From Armatimonadota bacterium (GTDB lineage Bacteria; Sysuimicrobiota; Sysuimicrobiia; Sysuimicrobiales; Humicultoraceae): DNA of 26,795 nt. Positions 26,113 through 26,795 of this stretch are shown here, piece by piece (position 1 is the stretch's first letter; each line of letters opens with the position of its first letter). The DNA lies in the NCBI GenBank assembly GCA_037443365.1, contig JBBIOM010000013.1, positions 1 to 26,795 on the forward strand, written 5' to 3'. Position numbers and translations under genes: made by a program. The notes beneath the pieces are model-generated. The model had not been told where the DNA came from and ran no database searches. It saw only the letters and a list, made by a program, of their open reading frames with translations.

Positions 26113-26795
26113 TACTCGCACCCCTGCTCGAGCGCCCGCTGCGTGAAGCACGCCTCGGGCACCGGAATGCCGAACTTGAAGTCGGAGTACGCGGCCTCGG
26201 TGCGGTATCCGGGCCGCAGCAGATCAACAAGGACGGTGCGGGTGGGGAACTGGCGTGTCCCGACCTTCGTGTGCGCGGAGAACGTAATGCGCTTGGTGGC
26301 CTGATCCCGCTGGTCGTAGAGCAGCCACTCCAGCGGCGCGTACGTCCGCGCGTCCGCGCGCACGACGACCTTGCCGTAAGGTGTGGGCGCCCCGGGCTTG
26401 GGAAGCAGCTCCAGGACGACCGTGGCGGCGTCCTCGCTCACGATGCGCGGGGTGTAGTCGGTCTCGACGTCTCGCCCGCTCAGGTCGCTGTAGGAGATGT
26501 CGGAGCCGAGGAAGCTCTCGCTGCGGCCGCTGGGCGGAAGCCGCAGCGCGCGCTTGAGCCTCGGGTTGTAGATCCACAGGTTGTCGCCGATCTTGAGGAA
26601 CGCCTGGCCGGCCTCGCGCGCCGGCGCCTTCACCTGCACCAGGCCGCGGTCCTGCCCGTCCGTCCAGATCGCCAGGACATACTCGGTCTGCCGGTCGGGG
26701 CGCACGACCGTCAGCGTGATCGTGGCCTTGCCGGCCCCGCCGCGCTGGTTGTCCGTGATCGCGCGCAGCAATGCCTGGGGATCGGCCGCCGCCGC
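26112..26795 (-). CDS. LolA-like outer-membrane lipoprotein-sorting family protein, 5'-truncated by window edge
   Basis: Frame open to the window end; APAREAGQAFLK, LWIYNPRLKRALRL, SFLGSDISYSDL, FT..AL C-terminus typical of LolA-like proteins. Confidence 0.85.
   Translation of the reverse strand, partial: AAAADPQALLRAITDNQRGGAGKATITLTVVRPDRQTEYVLAIWTDGQDRGLVQVKAPAREAGQAFLKIGDNLWIYNPRLKRALRLPPSGRSESFLGSDISYSDLSGRDVETDYTPRIVSEDAATVVLELLPKPGAPTPYGKVVVRADARTYAPLEWLLYDQRDQATKRITFSAHTKVGTRQFPTRTVLVDLLRPGYRTEAAYSDFKFGIPVPEACFTQRALEQGCE

Overview
GC-rich bacterial chromosomal window with mostly housekeeping and metabolic genes; I found no integrase, transposase or CRISPR array. Left to right: 3' part of tRNA-Glu(TTC); a minus-strand ilvB-ilvC-ilvN-ilvD operon with a sigma70-type promoter and a Leu(CUC) T-box leader, whose ilvC is a long plant-type class II ketol-acid reductoisomerase; a DUF1028/peptidoglycan-binding protein; a small membrane protein; an RND pump and adaptor; an orphan ORF; a family 5 uracil-DNA glycosylase coupled to a GT-C glycosyltransferase; tRNA-Val(CAC) plus an M29 aminopeptidase; a small acidic protein; tRNA-Thr(CGT); beta-ureidopropionase and dihydropyrimidinase; a two-gene unit of a 714-aa divergent transaldolase-family protein and a UxaE epimerase; a PatB/MalY PLP enzyme; and a LolA-like/ABC permease/ATPase/putative outer-membrane barrel module truncated by the window edge. 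The best candidate for an undescribed system is the transaldolase-like + UxaE pair, possibly a (trans)aldolase route for keto-uronates. All family assignments come from motif recognition by eye; no searches were run.
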